DNA of 64,000 nucleotides. Source: a virus (lineage: Duplodnaviria > Heunggongvirae > Uroviricota > Caudoviricetes). The stretch lies in IMG/VR virus record IMGVR_UViG_2721755676_000001. The stretch is one strand, 5' to 3'. Below are positions 1-9,510 of the stretch, piece by piece (the first letter of the stretch is position 1; the number at the start of each line of letters is the position of its first letter). Made by a program: the position numbers and the translations under genes. The notes under the pieces are model-generated. The model worked only from the letters and a program-made list of their open reading frames with translations. It was not told the origin of the DNA and made no database searches.

Positions 1-162
1 AAAGTCGGCGGGCGTCTTGTAGCAGTATTGCCGGGCACTGCGCCAATACTGGACTGGATGACGATGGATAATTACGTTTATGCCAGAGGGAAGTCGTTTA
101 CCAACGAGTTTGAAGACACAGGGATCACAGTCAGCGTATACGTTTTCAAACGCGTTAAATGA
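1..162 (+). CDS. hypothetical protein, C-terminal fragment (5' end outside window)
   Basis: Frame 1 is open from window start to TGA at 160-162; no recognisable motif. Confidence 0.25.
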   Translation, partial: KVGGRLVAVLPGTAPILDWMTMDNYVYARGKSFTNEFEDTGITVSVYVFKRVK

Positions 163-182
163 TAGGTAAATGCTTACTTAAT
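160..182 (+). promoter_or_regulatory. class II palindromic promoter-proximal element (TGATAGGTAA...CTTACTTAAT)
   Basis: Shares the 10-mer TGATAGGTAA with copies near 47806 and 57273; lies about 40 nt upstream of the start at 224. Confidence 0.4.
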
Positions 183-223
183 TTATGTAAGAATGTAGTT
201 ACTAAACGATAAGAGAAAAACAC

Positions 224-928
224 ATGAGCAACCTCCAGTTAGAGCATTTTAACGTCACAGGCCATTCCGATTTTCCTTTCAAGTTTACATTGAAAGGTTA
301 TGCAGAGGATGCGGTAGGCCAGATCATTATTGATAAAGGCATCGTTAAGTTTGAGGGGAATTTTGATGAATCCGCGAAAACATTCATAGACTTCGTTGCC
401 AAACGTTGGAGCGAGCAATGGAAAGACCTGGAAAAGCGCGCTAGTGAGTTTGATCGGTTCATGGATGCAATGGATACAGCAAAAGAGGCTCTTGCTGCCG
501 GGACTCCGTTAGATCTGGAGTCACTTTTCAACGGAGAAGTGGCCTCTGCGATGTTCGCCACCATGTTCGCGGGTGAGTTCGTCCGCAGCGGTGCCAAAAA
601 CTACCTTGAGCTGGATTACAACGTCCCTGCAATTGGCGATTTCGTCGTTACCATCCAACGCAAAGAAGGTAAGACGCCAGGTGAACGCGTCGCAGAGCTT
701 GAGGCCGTTGTGGATCAGCGTAACGGAGAGTGTGACCGTTTGATCAACGAGCTTCATGCACTTCGGGAAGAAAGAATATGCGCGGGTAGCAATACACGTA
801 ATGCAGCGGATATCTACTTCCAGTTAGTTGAGGAATGCCAGATTCCACCAGGCGGCTCTCTTGTCGATTACGTCAGACATTTAATGACGGAAGTTAACTC
901 CAGCCATAAAGATGGTGAGGTGCGCTGA
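224..928 (+). CDS. hypothetical protein (234 aa)
   Basis: Long ORF with ATG start preceded by a class II element; the 15-mer GAAAAACACATGAGC at its start recurs at 55195-55209. No recognisable domain. Confidence 0.55.
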   Translation: MSNLQLEHFNVTGHSDFPFKFTLKGYAEDAVGQIIIDKGIVKFEGNFDESAKTFIDFVAKRWSEQWKDLEKRASEFDRFMDAMDTAKEALAAGTPLDLESLFNGEVASAMFATMFAGEFVRSGAKNYLELDYNVPAIGDFVVTIQRKEGKTPGERVAELEAVVDQRNGECDRLINELHALREERICAGSNTRNAADIYFQLVEECQIPPGGSLVDYVRHLMTEVNSSHKDGEVR

Positions 929-1308
929 TGTTTGGCATTGATGCACAGCGTATAGCAGCTTTTGCAAAAAGCCCTCTTGATAATCCCTTGTCTCGTAGTG
1001 AGCAAATGGCGCTGGCAAGGCTTTTTCTTCACATTCAAAAACAGGCAGACATTTTCAATAACATGCCTAATCAACCTATTCTGGATGGTCACATCCAGAT
1101 GGTCATTAACAGTCATGAGAAAGGCTGGGCTGCAATCGTCCCCTGCACAATTACATACAAGTTGGCGAAAGAGGTTCAAGAGTTTCGTAAAGCCAGTGTC
1201 GAATCGGAGTCTACCAAAGCCGCAATAAACACTCTTATTCGCATGGGGTTCACATGGAACGGTGGAGCCTACTGGCAAGCACCTCACCCCATTTTATCCG
1301 GCAATTAG
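928..1308 (+). CDS. hypothetical protein (126 aa)
   Basis: ATGA stop-start overlap with the preceding gene; weak hairpin GGCCA..TGGCC downstream (about 1341-1357). Confidence 0.5.
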   Translation: MFGIDAQRIAAFAKSPLDNPLSRSEQMALARLFLHIQKQADIFNNMPNQPILDGHIQMVINSHEKGWAAIVPCTITYKLAKEVQEFRKASVESESTKAAINTLIRMGFTWNGGAYWQAPHPILSGN

Positions 1309-1363
1309 ACGCTACAAATCCTTCGGCATGAATAAATAAAGGCCATAAGTTGTGGCCTTAAAT

Positions 1364-1416
1364 AAATTGTTTTCTATCTTTTCTTATTTGTGAAAATAAC
1401 CACAACTAGAAAACAA
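1364..1416 (+). promoter_or_regulatory. class I promoter/operator unit
   Basis: TTGTTTTCT half-site, TGtGAAAAT extended -10-like (1389-1397), AGAAAACAA half-site 10 nt downstream; same architecture and near-identical sequence to units at 4982-5046 and 8915-8955. Confidence 0.45.
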
Positions 1417-1427
1417 CGGAGTTAAGA

Positions 1428-1475
1428 ATGTCTAGTATTTCCGAAGCTCATATGTTCGCCGCTGGCGCTCGGTGA
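1428..1475 (+). other. 15-codon micro-ORF (MSSISEAHMFAAGAR) between class I promoter and terminator
   Basis: ATG with GGAG 7 nt upstream; stops after 15 codons; may be a short transcript or remnant of a truncated early gene. Confidence 0.25.
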
Positions 1476-1572
1476 TGCTGCCAACTTACTGATTTAGTGT
1501 ATGATGGTGTTTTTGAGGTGCTCCAGTGGCTTCTGTTTCTATCAGCTGTCCCTCCTGTTCAGCTACTGACGG

Positions 1573-1605
1573 GGTGGTGCGTAACGGCAAAAGCACCACC
1601 TTTTT
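1573..1605 (+). terminator. intrinsic terminator, plus-strand only (GGTGGTGC..GCACCACC + TTTTT)
   Basis: 8-bp GC-rich stem followed by T5; ends 1 nt before the mrp stop codon. Confidence 0.55.
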
Positions 1606-1606
1606 A

Positions 1607-2707
1607 TCACACTGCGCGGAATGCGATTTCGCCAGGTATTACTTCACCTTGCCAATACATTTGGGCAGCAACGCGATCTGCGAGGTCACGATAAATAGCC
1701 GTAAATTCACTATCTGGACGACTAATAACGGTTGGTGTTCCGTTATCCAGATCTTCACGAAGAGAGATATGAAGTGGCATTTGGCCTAACAACTGCGTGT
1801 TGTATTTCTCGGCCAGTTTCTGTGCGCCACCGGTGCCAAAAATTGGCTCGTGATGACCGCAGTTACTGCAAATATGCACACTCATGTTTTCAACGATACC
1901 CAGTACCGGCACTTCGACTTTTTCGAACATCACAATGCCTTTCTTCGCATCGATCAGCGCGATGTCTTGCGGCGTAGTTACCACAACCGCACCAGTTACA
2001 GGAATGTTCTGCGCCAGCGTCAATTGAATATCACCAGTGCCCGGTGGCATATCGAGAACGAGATAGTCCAGATCAGGCCACAGTGTTTCCTGCAACATCT
2101 GCATCAGCGCCTTGCTGGCCATCGGTCCACGCCACACCATTGCATTGTCGTCGGTGACCAGATAACCAATAGAGTTGGTTGCCAGGCCATGAGACATGAT
2201 AGGTGCCATGTGAGTACCGTCCGGTGAGGTTGGACGTTGGTTTTCCGCGCCCAGCATGGTTGGAATTGATGGACCATAGATATCGGCATCCAAAATACCA
2301 ACTTTCGCACCTTCAGCAGCCAACGCCAGTGCCAGGTTTACCGCCGTGGAGGATTTACCCACGCCGCCCTTGCCTGAGCTGACGGCGATAATGTTCTTAA
2401 CGCCATTAATGCCTGGTTGGTTTTTGACGCGCTTAAGCGTGGCAATGTTGTACGACAGCTTCCAGTCAATAGCCTTTGCGCCAGTGATACGGAGCAGATC
2501 ACCACTACATTGCTCTTTCAGGTCTTCAAAAGGCTTATTCCACACGAAAGGCATGATTAGTTCGACATGCAGTGTGTCATCCATCAACGCAACATGGTGT
2601 AACGCTTTAAGCGTAGTCAGGTTGTGTTTCAGGGTTGGGTGCTGAAAATTAGCCAGCGTACCGGCTACCATTGCTCTCAGGGCATCCGGCGATTTGGACT
2701 CGCTCAT
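1607..2707 (-). CDS. apbC: iron-sulfur cluster carrier ATPase Mrp/ApbC
   Basis: 366 aa; P-loop [11 protein letters not shown]-terminal CSNCGHH; near-identical to enterobacterial Mrp as recalled. Confidence 0.95.
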   Translation of the reverse strand: MSESKSPDALRAMVAGTLANFQHPTLKHNLTTLKALHHVALMDDTLHVELIMPFVWNKPFEDLKEQCSGDLLRITGAKAIDWKLSYNIATLKRVKNQPGINGVKNIIAVSSGKGGVGKSSTAVNLALALAAEGAKVGILDADIYGPSIPTMLGAENQRPTSPDGTHMAPIMSHGLATNSIGYLVTDDNAMVWRGPMASKALMQMLQETLWPDLDYLVLDMPPGTGDIQLTLAQNIPVTGAVVVTTPQDIALIDAKKGIVMFEKVEVPVLGIVENMSVHICSNCGHHEPIFGTGGAQKLAEKYNTQLLGQMPLHISLREDLDNGTPTVISRPDSEFTAIYRDLADRVAAQMYWQGEVIPGEIAFRAV

Positions 2708-2864
2708 CCCGTCTCCTTTATTTTAATTTGCGCAATTGTCGCCTTGTAGTGTACTCCAGCTACGACATTTAATCATTTATGAGAAATGCTGTTATCACAT
2801 GGCAGACATAAGGCCATTTTGTTACTATCAAGCCCCTTTTCACTACAAAGAAGTAATGCCTACT

Positions 2865-4898
2865 ATGACCCAAGTCGCGAAGAAAATTCTGGTGACGTGC
2901 GCGCTGCCGTACGCTAACGGCTCAATCCACCTCGGCCATATGCTGGAGCACATCCAGGCTGATGTCTGGGTTCGTTACCAGCGAATGCGCGGCCACGAGG
3001 TTAATTTCATCTGTGCCGACGATGCCCACGGTACGCCAATCATGCTGAAAGCACAGCAGCTTGGTATCACACCGGAACAGATGATTGGCGAAATGAGTCA
3101 GGAACATCAGACTGATTTCGCAGGCTTTAACATCAGCTATGACAACTATCACTCGACGCACAGCGAAGAGAACCGTCAGTTGTCCGAGCTTATCTATACT
3201 CGCCTGAAAGAGAACGGTTTTATTAAAAACCGCACCATCTCTCAGCTGTACGACCCGGAAAAAGGCATGTTCCTGCCGGACCGTTTTGTAAAAGGCACAT
3301 GCCCGAAATGTAAAGCGCCGGATCAATACGGCGATAACTGTGAAGTCTGCGGCGCGACATACAGCCCGACGGAACTGATCGAGCCGAAATCAGTGGTTTC
3401 TGGCGCTACACCGGTAATGCGTGATTCCGAACACTTCTTCTTTGATCTGCCTTCTTTCAGCGAAATGTTGCAGGCATGGACCCGCAGCGGTGCGTTGCAG
3501 GAGCAGGTGGCAAACAAAATGCAGGAGTGGTTTGAATCTGGCCTGCAACAGTGGGATATCTCCCGTGACGCACCTTACTTCGGTTTTGAAATTCCGAACG
3601 CACCGGGCAAATACTTCTACGTCTGGCTGGACGCGCCGATTGGCTACATGGGTTCCTTCAAGAATCTGTGCGACAAACGCGGCGACACTACCAGCTTCGA
3701 CGAATACTGGAAGAAAGACTCCACCGCCGAGCTGTACCACTTCATCGGCAAAGATATCGTTTACTTCCACAGCCTGTTCTGGCCTGCCATGCTGGAAGGC
3801 AGCAACTTCCGCAAGCCGACCAACCTGTTTGTTCACGGCTATGTGACGGTGAACGGCGCGAAGATGTCCAAGTCTCGCGGCACCTTTATTAAAGCCAGCA
3901 CCTGGCTGAATCATTTTGACGCCGACAGCCTGCGTTACTACTACACTGCGAAACTCTCTTCGCGCATTGATGATATCGATCTCAACCTGGAAGATTTCGT
4001 TCAGCGTGTGAATGCCGATATCGTTAACAAAGTGGTTAACCTGGCCTCCCGTAATGCAGGCTTTATCAACAAGCGTTTTGACGGCGTGCTGGCAAGCGAA
4101 CTGGCTGACCCGCAACTGTACAAAACCTTTACTGATGCCGCTGAAGTGATTGGCGAAGCATGGGAAAGCCGCGAATTTGGCAAAGCTATCCGTGAAATCA
4201 TGGCACTGGCTGACCTGGCTAACCGCTATGTTGATGAACAGGCTCCGTGGGTGGTGGCAAAGCAGGAAGGACGCGATGCCGATCTGCAGGCGATTTGCTC
4301 TATGGGCATTAACCTGTTCCGCGTGCTGATGACGTACCTGAAACCGGTACTGCCGAAACTGACTGAACGTGCAGAAGCATTCCTGAATACAGAACTGACC
4401 TGGGATGGTATCCAGCAACCGCTGCTGGGCCATAAAGTGAATCCGTTCAAGGCACTGTATAACCGCATCGATATGAAGCAGGTTGAAGCACTGGTGGAAG
4501 CATCCAAAGAAGAAGTGAAAGCCACAGCCGCACCGGTAACTGGCCCACTGGCTGACGACCCGATTCAGGAAACTATCACCTTTGACGACTTCGCCAAAGT
4601 TGACCTGCGCGTGGCGCTGATTGAAAACGCAGAGTTTGTAGAAGGTTCTGACAAACTGCTTCGCCTGACGCTGGATCTCGGTGGTGAAAAGCGTAATGTC
4701 TTCTCAGGCATCCGTTCCGCTTATCCAGATCCACAGGCACTGATTGGTCGTCACACCATTATGGTGGCTAACCTGGCACCACGTAAAATGCGCTTCGGTA
4801 TCTCTGAAGGCATGGTGATGGCTGCTGGCCCCGGCGGGAAAGATATCTTCCTGTTAAGCCCGGATGCTGGTGCTAAACCTGGCCACCAGGTTAAGTAA
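2865..4898 (+). CDS. metG: methionyl-tRNA synthetase
   Basis: 677 aa from the ATG at 2865 ([29 protein letters not shown] motif, KMSKS, zinc knuckle CPKC..C..C, C-terminal tRNA-binding domain); divergent from mrp as in E. coli-type chromosomes. Confidence 0.95.
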   Translation: MTQVAKKILVTCALPYANGSIHLGHMLEHIQADVWVRYQRMRGHEVNFICADDAHGTPIMLKAQQLGITPEQMIGEMSQEHQTDFAGFNISYDNYHSTHSEENRQLSELIYTRLKENGFIKNRTISQLYDPEKGMFLPDRFVKGTCPKCKAPDQYGDNCEVCGATYSPTELIEPKSVVSGATPVMRDSEHFFFDLPSFSEMLQAWTRSGALQEQVANKMQEWFESGLQQWDISRDAPYFGFEIPNAPGKYFYVWLDAPIGYMGSFKNLCDKRGDTTSFDEYWKKDSTAELYHFIGKDIVYFHSLFWPAMLEGSNFRKPTNLFVHGYVTVNGAKMSKSRGTFIKASTWLNHFDADSLRYYYTAKLSSRIDDIDLNLEDFVQRVNADIVNKVVNLASRNAGFINKRFDGVLASELADPQLYKTFTDAAEVIGEAWESREFGKAIREIMALADLANRYVDEQAPWVVAKQEGRDADLQAICSMGINLFRVLMTYLKPVLPKLTERAEAFLNTELTWDGIQQPLLGHKVNPFKALYNRIDMKQVEALVEASKEEVKATAAPVTGPLADDPIQETITFDDFAKVDLRVALIENAEFVEGSDKLLRLTLDLGGEKRNVFSGIRSAYPDPQALIGRHTIMVANLAPRKMRFGISEGMVMAAGPGGKDIFLLSPDAGAKPGHQVK

Positions 4899-4920
4899 TT
4901 AAACAACCTCTCTTCGCAAT

Positions 4921-4946
4921 GCCCGGCAACACGCCGGGCATTTTCA
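4921..4946 (+). terminator. intrinsic terminator downstream of metG
   Basis: GCCCGGC aacac GCCGGGC followed by ATTTTCAT. Confidence 0.7.
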
Positions 4947-4981
4947 TATAGACACAACCCCTTCTGACTTTAACAAACTCT

Positions 4982-5046
4982 AAAACAATTTGTTTTCTAC
5001 CTTTTGTTGATTGAGATAATAAGTCATATAAGAAAACAAATTGTTT
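4982..5046 (+). promoter_or_regulatory. class I promoter/operator unit (two palindromes flanking an extended -10)
   Basis: AAAACAATTTGTTTT (4982-4996), tTGaGATAAT (5011-5020), AGAAAACAAATTGTTT (5031-5046) directly before SD AGGAG. Confidence 0.5.
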
Positions 5047-5051
5047 AGGAG

Positions 5052-5300
5052 ATGAAGATGTTTGGAACAGCAAAAGAAATCATCGAGAAACTGAAAAACT
5101 ATCCAGAAGACGAACCCTTACTCATGGTTATGTGGCACAAAGAAGATATTGCTGAAGTAAGGACAGATCTCACTGATGAACAATGCGTACAGGTGATGCA
5201 AAAAATCAGACAATGCCATAACGCTGATGTCGGCGTTAATTGGGAGGTTATATCAACTACGGCGAATGAGTTGTTTCCGAACGGGGTGGTAAAATGCTGA
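5052..5300 (+). CDS. hypothetical small protein (82 aa; start may be the ATG at 5058)
   Basis: ORF immediately downstream of a class I unit and SD. Confidence 0.5.
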   Translation: MKMFGTAKEIIEKLKNYPEDEPLLMVMWHKEDIAEVRTDLTDEQCVQVMQKIRQCHNADVGVNWEVISTTANELFPNGVVKC

Positions 5301-5594
5301 AACTCACCAAATTGTATAAGACGACAGTTAGTAGCCCTACCCTCGTTACACAGCATGACTCTGAGTGTCTACCAAATATCTGTTTCGAGCACCATACAAT
5401 CTCGGACTCAATTGGGTACAGAAACGGAGTATGGGGGAGTCAGGGGAGGGAAGAAAAGCTGCGTGATTACGGTGTCACATAGCAAACCATCAAGAACATT
5501 CGAAAGGTGCTCGATGTAGGATTTGATGCGGTACAATTCCACCCTGACGCTGAAATAGACGATGGTCTGGAAAATTGGAAATTGTGAGGGATAA

Positions 5595-5993
5595 ATGAAA
5601 TATGCACCATTGGCACTAATATTTTTTGTGCTTTCTGCTAATGCCACGCCAGTTGAAGAGCCTAACACTATCGTGTACCCACGATGCATGAAAATAGATC
5701 CGGAAACACACAAGCAATTACCTGGTTACAATATTGTTATGGATATAGGGAATAAATTTAAAATCGTTTCCCCAAATGGGAATTCGGTGATATCCATCTC
5801 GCTTGCCCAAAGTGAAAAAGATAGGAACATGTTCGACGCCTCAGTCGGCGATGTTTACTTCTCTCGTTACCATGTTCAACCTGATGGGAACTTTCTATAC
5901 TCAGCCTGGAGTGAAAAGGCGAAAGTTACAGTGCTGTGTAATGGTAAAAGCGGTGAGCGGCATTACGTTGACCCTATTCATTTCGAGAACTGA
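5595..5993 (+). CDS. hypothetical secreted protein (132 aa)
   Basis: N-terminal signal-peptide-like segment MKYAPLALIFFVLSANA; SD GAGGGA upstream. Confidence 0.55.
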   Translation: MKYAPLALIFFVLSANATPVEEPNTIVYPRCMKIDPETHKQLPGYNIVMDIGNKFKIVSPNGNSVISISLAQSEKDRNMFDASVGDVYFSRYHVQPDGNFLYSAWSEKAKVTVLCNGKSGERHYVDPIHFEN

Positions 5994-6122
5994 CTACACA
6001 AGTAAACAAATCAATCAGTTGATAATGGCGGTCACAATTTGATTCTTTTCTATAAGAATCCGTTGATCGCCACTACTCTTCTTCCATACCCGCAATCACA
6101 TCCTTAAATATCAATAAGTTAT

Positions 6123-6150
6123 AGTTGTTTATACAATCAAGAAAACAACT
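6123..6150 (+). promoter_or_regulatory. class I-type unit with split palindrome around a TACAAT -10-like hexamer
   Basis: AGTTGTTT-aTACAAT-ca-AGAAAACAACT. Confidence 0.35.
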
Positions 6151-6860
6151 GAATAACAGATCAACGAAACATCAACGCTTTCACCCGATTTGGTCTAAAA
6201 AATTGACGTTTTCACACATCACTGCTTATACCCGTAACTCTACGCAGCAGACAGCGCCACAGCGTCCAATTTTCACCACAGACGACCCAACACACTACCA
6301 ACAAAAACACACGCTCAAAATCGCTCCCGTTGCGTTACACAACCATATAAACAACTTATTTTCAGGCATAACAAAACAACTAAATAACACAAATGCCATT
6401 TCCAAAAACAACCAACCTCTTTATGGCAGGCTACCGAAAAGACCCACCTCTTCTCCCCAGGCTACCGGACAACCAACCTAACTTTCACAGGCAATCCGAA
6501 AACATTCATACGCGCGATACCCACGACACGCCATTCCCCAAACAGCGAAGAACACCAGAATCACTGAAACCCCAACGAAGCCTGTAACCGCAAGGTTTCT
6601 CTCAATCCCAAAAGACACGAAACACAACAATCACGGGAAATGCCATTACCCAATACACGAATAACTACAAAAGCCCTTCACGCACTCCAGACAAACAACT
6701 CAAACACAATAACGAAAGGAATCGCCCACCTGCCATTACTCCATACACGGAGAAGAACAATCACCAAAACGACGAGAACACCCCATAGAAGAACCACCGC
6801 AAAACGAACGAAACCACATACACCGACAGAGAGAACAACACACCCAATTCACCAACAGAA
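6150..6860. other. A+C-rich (G/T-depleted) non-coding tract with degenerate internal repeats
   Basis: A+C about 75% on the plus strand (45% A, 32% C in 6601-6660); repeated TGCCATTnCnCnATACACG (6642, 6731); ORFs here are low-complexity artefacts. Confidence 0.6.
6416..6510. repeat. three tandem ~31-bp repeats with core CAGGCTACCG
   Basis: Cores at about 6427, 6458, 6488; homologous array at 9549-9650. Confidence 0.6.
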
Positions 6861-6976
6861 ATAGTTGCCGTATAGAACATTCTGGAAGGAGTGAGCATTA
6901 ACGCCTATAGAGAGGTTGAGACAGATAAAACACAACATGTATAGCGAAGAAGCCAGGTATGTATAAGTGGGGAGGG

Positions 6977-7000
6977 AAGGAGGGGTGTCGCCTCCTTTTT
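6977..7000 (+). terminator. possible intrinsic terminator (AAGGAGG..CCTCCTT + TTT)
   Basis: 7-bp stem with 7-nt loop and short T-run; would end a transcript from the 6130 promoter. Confidence 0.35.
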
Positions 7001-7063
7001 CGTATTTATTCAACTCCTGATTTTATCCCCCGTAACACCCCTACGGTCAGCCTTCGGTCCATA

Positions 7064-7198
7064 CAGGGAAAAGGTTGCATCCCGCTACAGAAACGGCTGG
7101 GTTGCCTTCGGGGAACGGCTGGAGGTTTTCAGGGAAACGGTCGAGTTGCCTGTGTGGATTTCGGGAAAAGGCTCGATGCCGGTTCAGGAACGGCGGCG
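7064..7198. repeat. six direct repeats of GGGAAACGGCT-like core, 21-32 bp period (iteron-like)
   Basis: Copies at 7064, 7088, 7109, 7130, 7162, 7185; related array at 10247-10326. Confidence 0.65.
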
Positions 7199-7507
7199 TA
7201 CCGGCATAGCGAGAGGGAGAGTTGCGGCTACCCACCTGTAATGTGCGGGAAGAAGAGAGGCGCTCACGTAGGCGGACTTACTTACCGCTGGATTCCCTCT
7301 GAATGCCCAGCTACAGCGTAATTGTGCCAGACAGCCAACGGGTCACAATCGATTTCAGTAGGTTTTTGGGGAGAGGATTACTCTGCCACCAGCCACTTTC
7401 GGCCACTAAATCAGAATAATGTAAAAAGTGTACTCGGTACTGAACCTGAAAACTCACTGCCAAAACCACATTCACCGGAATAAAATCCTTTTTCGCCTGT
7501 GCGTTAT

Positions 7508-7542
7508 TGCGATAATAACACCATCAAGAAAACATGTTGTTT
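7508..7542 (+). promoter_or_regulatory. class I promoter/operator unit
   Basis: tTGcGATAAT (7507-7516), 10 nt spacer, AGAAAACATGTTGTTT (7527-7542), then SD AAGGA. Confidence 0.45.
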
Positions 7543-7554
7543 AAGGATTGCTTT

Positions 7555-7884
7555 ATGTTTACAAATATCGACATCAACCAAATCAAGAAATTAACTCAAA
7601 AAGAGTTTGATCAGTTTTATGAGTTAGAAGGTTGGTCTTCCACTCTGATCAATTCAAGATGGGTGCTGGAACTGATGACTCGTGATGACGCACCTGCTTT
7701 GATGATCAGCGACATGGGTGAAGATGCTGACTTTATGGATATGAGCGAATTTTGTGTGGACACATACAACCGCAGCCAGAAGTACTACTTCACATGCGAT
7801 GGCGAAAATGACGTGATTTCTAAGGTCTATCTTCACCTCGTCCAGCATTGGGACGTTCAGGAGTTTCTTGAAGTATTCGAGTAA
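7555..7884 (+). CDS. hypothetical acidic protein (109 aa)
   Basis: ATG at 7555 downstream of operator and SD; the listed 7534 start lies inside the operator. Confidence 0.5.
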   Translation: MFTNIDINQIKKLTQKEFDQFYELEGWSSTLINSRWVLELMTRDDAPALMISDMGEDADFMDMSEFCVDTYNRSQKYYFTCDGENDVISKVYLHLVQHWDVQEFLEVFE

Positions 7885-7990
7885 CCCCAACCAAAGCCAG
7901 CATTGCTGGCTTAATTTCTCTATAGCCGCAGGGAAGAACCTGCATATCGCTCATGCGCCTGATCAATATGCTTTGTAGCCGTTTTCTTAC

Positions 7991-8026
7991 TGGTATTATT
8001 TACGCCATTGAGAAAACAAGTTGTTT
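7991..8026 (+). promoter_or_regulatory. class I promoter/operator unit
   Basis: TGgTATTAT -10-like, then AGAAAACAAGTTGTTT (8011-8026), SD GGAG. Confidence 0.4.
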
Positions 8027-8037
8027 ACGGAGTTGTG

Positions 8038-8349
8038 ATGAAAAAATCATTGGTTCTTGGTCTGGACAAAGACCAGAAGAGAAAAGAGAAGCCTGCGCTG
8101 GTTGCTCAATTAACTTTGCTGGACATCGTTGCCAATGGGACCTCTATTCGTCTGTTCCGTGAAACAGCGGTGTCTTTCGATAAAAACACCTTTACTCGTT
8201 ATGTAATGAATGTTCGTCGCCAGCGTGGAAAAGGCTGGGTGGCATTTCAAAGAATGTGGCCGGAACATCAGCTCGAACTGGCTTTGATGGAAGTTAACCG
8301 CGTGGCCCAGCAAGAGATTCAGAGAGCATCAGTGATGGCAATAGCCTGA
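8038..8349 (+). CDS. hypothetical protein (103 aa)
   Basis: ATG at 8038 after operator and SD. Confidence 0.5.
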   Translation: MKKSLVLGLDKDQKRKEKPALVAQLTLLDIVANGTSIRLFRETAVSFDKNTFTRYVMNVRRQRGKGWVAFQRMWPEHQLELALMEVNRVAQQEIQRASVMAIA

Positions 8350-8383
8350 TAATGTGCAAGTGGTAATTAGTCGACCGTACGAC

Positions 8384-8413
8384 AGCCCCGCCATCCTTAC
8401 GGGGCTTTTTTTG
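8384..8413 (+). terminator. intrinsic terminator
   Basis: AGCCCCG..CGGGGCT followed by T7. Confidence 0.7.
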
Positions 8414-8476
8414 TATTGTAAGTACATACTTACGATCATAGAATAGAAAAATAACCAATACACTACGGAGAGTGAA

Positions 8477-8872
8477 ATGACCGTTAAACGCGAAAAACTG
8501 ACAGTTGATGTTTACTATGCCTCTGAAACCGCCGAAGGTAAGAATGTGGCAAAAATCACCGTTGTTACGTACAACACCGAAACTGGTGCCGAAGTCCAGG
8601 CCAGTACGATCGTGCGTAAAGGTGATGCCTCCGGCGGCGAGTACGCGACTCAATACCAGTCCATTCTCGATGCAACTAACCCGCTGCTGCTGAAAATCGA
8701 GAACTACTTCCGCCAGGTTGATGAAGAGGTGTTTGAAACCATGATGAATATGGTTAACACCGTATTCGCCTCCAGCCTGAATACCAACACCACCTGGATT
8801 GGCCAGTATGGTCTGCGCATTACCTCCGGCATTCCTGCTGACACCTTAATCCCTGAAAGCGTATTCGCTTAA
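8477..8872 (+). CDS. hypothetical protein (131 aa)
   Basis: SD GGAGAG; class II palindrome GTAAGTAcaTACTTAC upstream (about 8420-8436). Confidence 0.5.
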   Translation: MTVKREKLTVDVYYASETAEGKNVAKITVVTYNTETGAEVQASTIVRKGDASGGEYATQYQSILDATNPLLLKIENYFRQVDEEVFETMMNMVNTVFASSLNTNTTWIGQYGLRITSGIPADTLIPESVFA

Positions 8873-8881
8873 TCCTCTTTG

Positions 8882-8909
8882 AATGGCGCGTAAACCGCGC
8901 CATTTTCTT
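8882..8909 (+). terminator. intrinsic terminator
   Basis: AATGGCGCG taaac CGCGCCATT followed by TTTCTT. Confidence 0.7.
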
Positions 8910-8914
8910 ATGCC

Positions 8915-8955
8915 CGATAACAATTTGTTTTCTGCCTTATCTGATTTGTGAAAAT
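8915..8955 (+). promoter_or_regulatory. class I promoter/operator unit
   Basis: AACAATTTGTTTTCT plus TGtGAAAAT; near-identical to the unit at 1364-1397. Confidence 0.45.
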
Positions 8956-8989
8956 GATTTCACTGAAGCAACTTAATAAGGAAACCATC

Positions 8990-9364
8990 ATGGGGCTTGA
9001 TATCTACATCGAGACGCAGCCAAAAAACGATCTGAATAACGAGGCATCCAGAAAGCAGGTTGCTTACTTCCGTAAGTTCAATGCGCTCGTTGGGTGGATG
9101 GAGCGCAACGTAGGTGAAGTCGAAAATTGTGAGCTTTTAGAATTAACGATGAATGACATTTGTCTTCTGAAAGCTCATTTGATGCACATAAACGAAAGCA
9201 ATTGCGAAGAGTACTTGCCTACTCGGGAAGGTTTTTTCTTCGGCAGTCAGGAGTACGACGAAGGTTACTGGCATGACGTGGATAAGCTGAAAAAACTTGT
9301 GGAAGACCTGATCAGGAACCACGACTTTCACAATAACAGACTGACCTTCTGCGCCTGGTGGTAA
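8990..9364 (+). CDS. hypothetical protein (124 aa from internal ATG)
   Basis: ATG at 8990 with SD AAGGAAA; upstream in-frame starts overlap the -10 element. Confidence 0.5.
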   Translation: MGLDIYIETQPKNDLNNEASRKQVAYFRKFNALVGWMERNVGEVENCELLELTMNDICLLKAHLMHINESNCEEYLPTREGFFFGSQEYDEGYWHDVDKLKKLVEDLIRNHDFHNNRLTFCAWW

Positions 9365-9366
9365 AT

Positions 9367-9510
9367 ATGGGCGATTTCAAGAAACGCCTGAAGGAAAGAG
9401 CCGAGATGATCAGAAAGCAAAACGCCTCTTCTGTCATCAGATACGCAAGGCAGTTTAGTCGCAACAACAAATCAGTTGAGGAAAAGATCCTTAGCGTAAT
9501 CGGTCGATAA
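9367..9510 (+). CDS. hypothetical small basic protein (47 aa)
   Basis: ATG 2 nt after the preceding stop; not in the supplied ORF track (below length cut-off). Confidence 0.3.
   Translation: MGDFKKRLKERAEMIRKQNASSVIRYARQFSRNNKSVEEKILSVIGR

Noticed and set aside
2922-4433. Long antisense ORFs inside metG (e.g. 3390-4433 minus, 347 aa) and ORFs overlapping mrp (1850-2227 plus, 1732-1977 plus)
   Set aside because: They lie opposite or out of frame within two confidently identified, highly conserved genes; no RBS or motif support.
6125-7321. ORFs in the A+C-rich tract and repeat array (6125-6481, 6393-6587, 6640-6864, 6959-7321)
   Set aside because: Low-complexity products dictated by base composition or by the GGGAAACGG repeats; starts fall inside promoter elements and lack an RBS.
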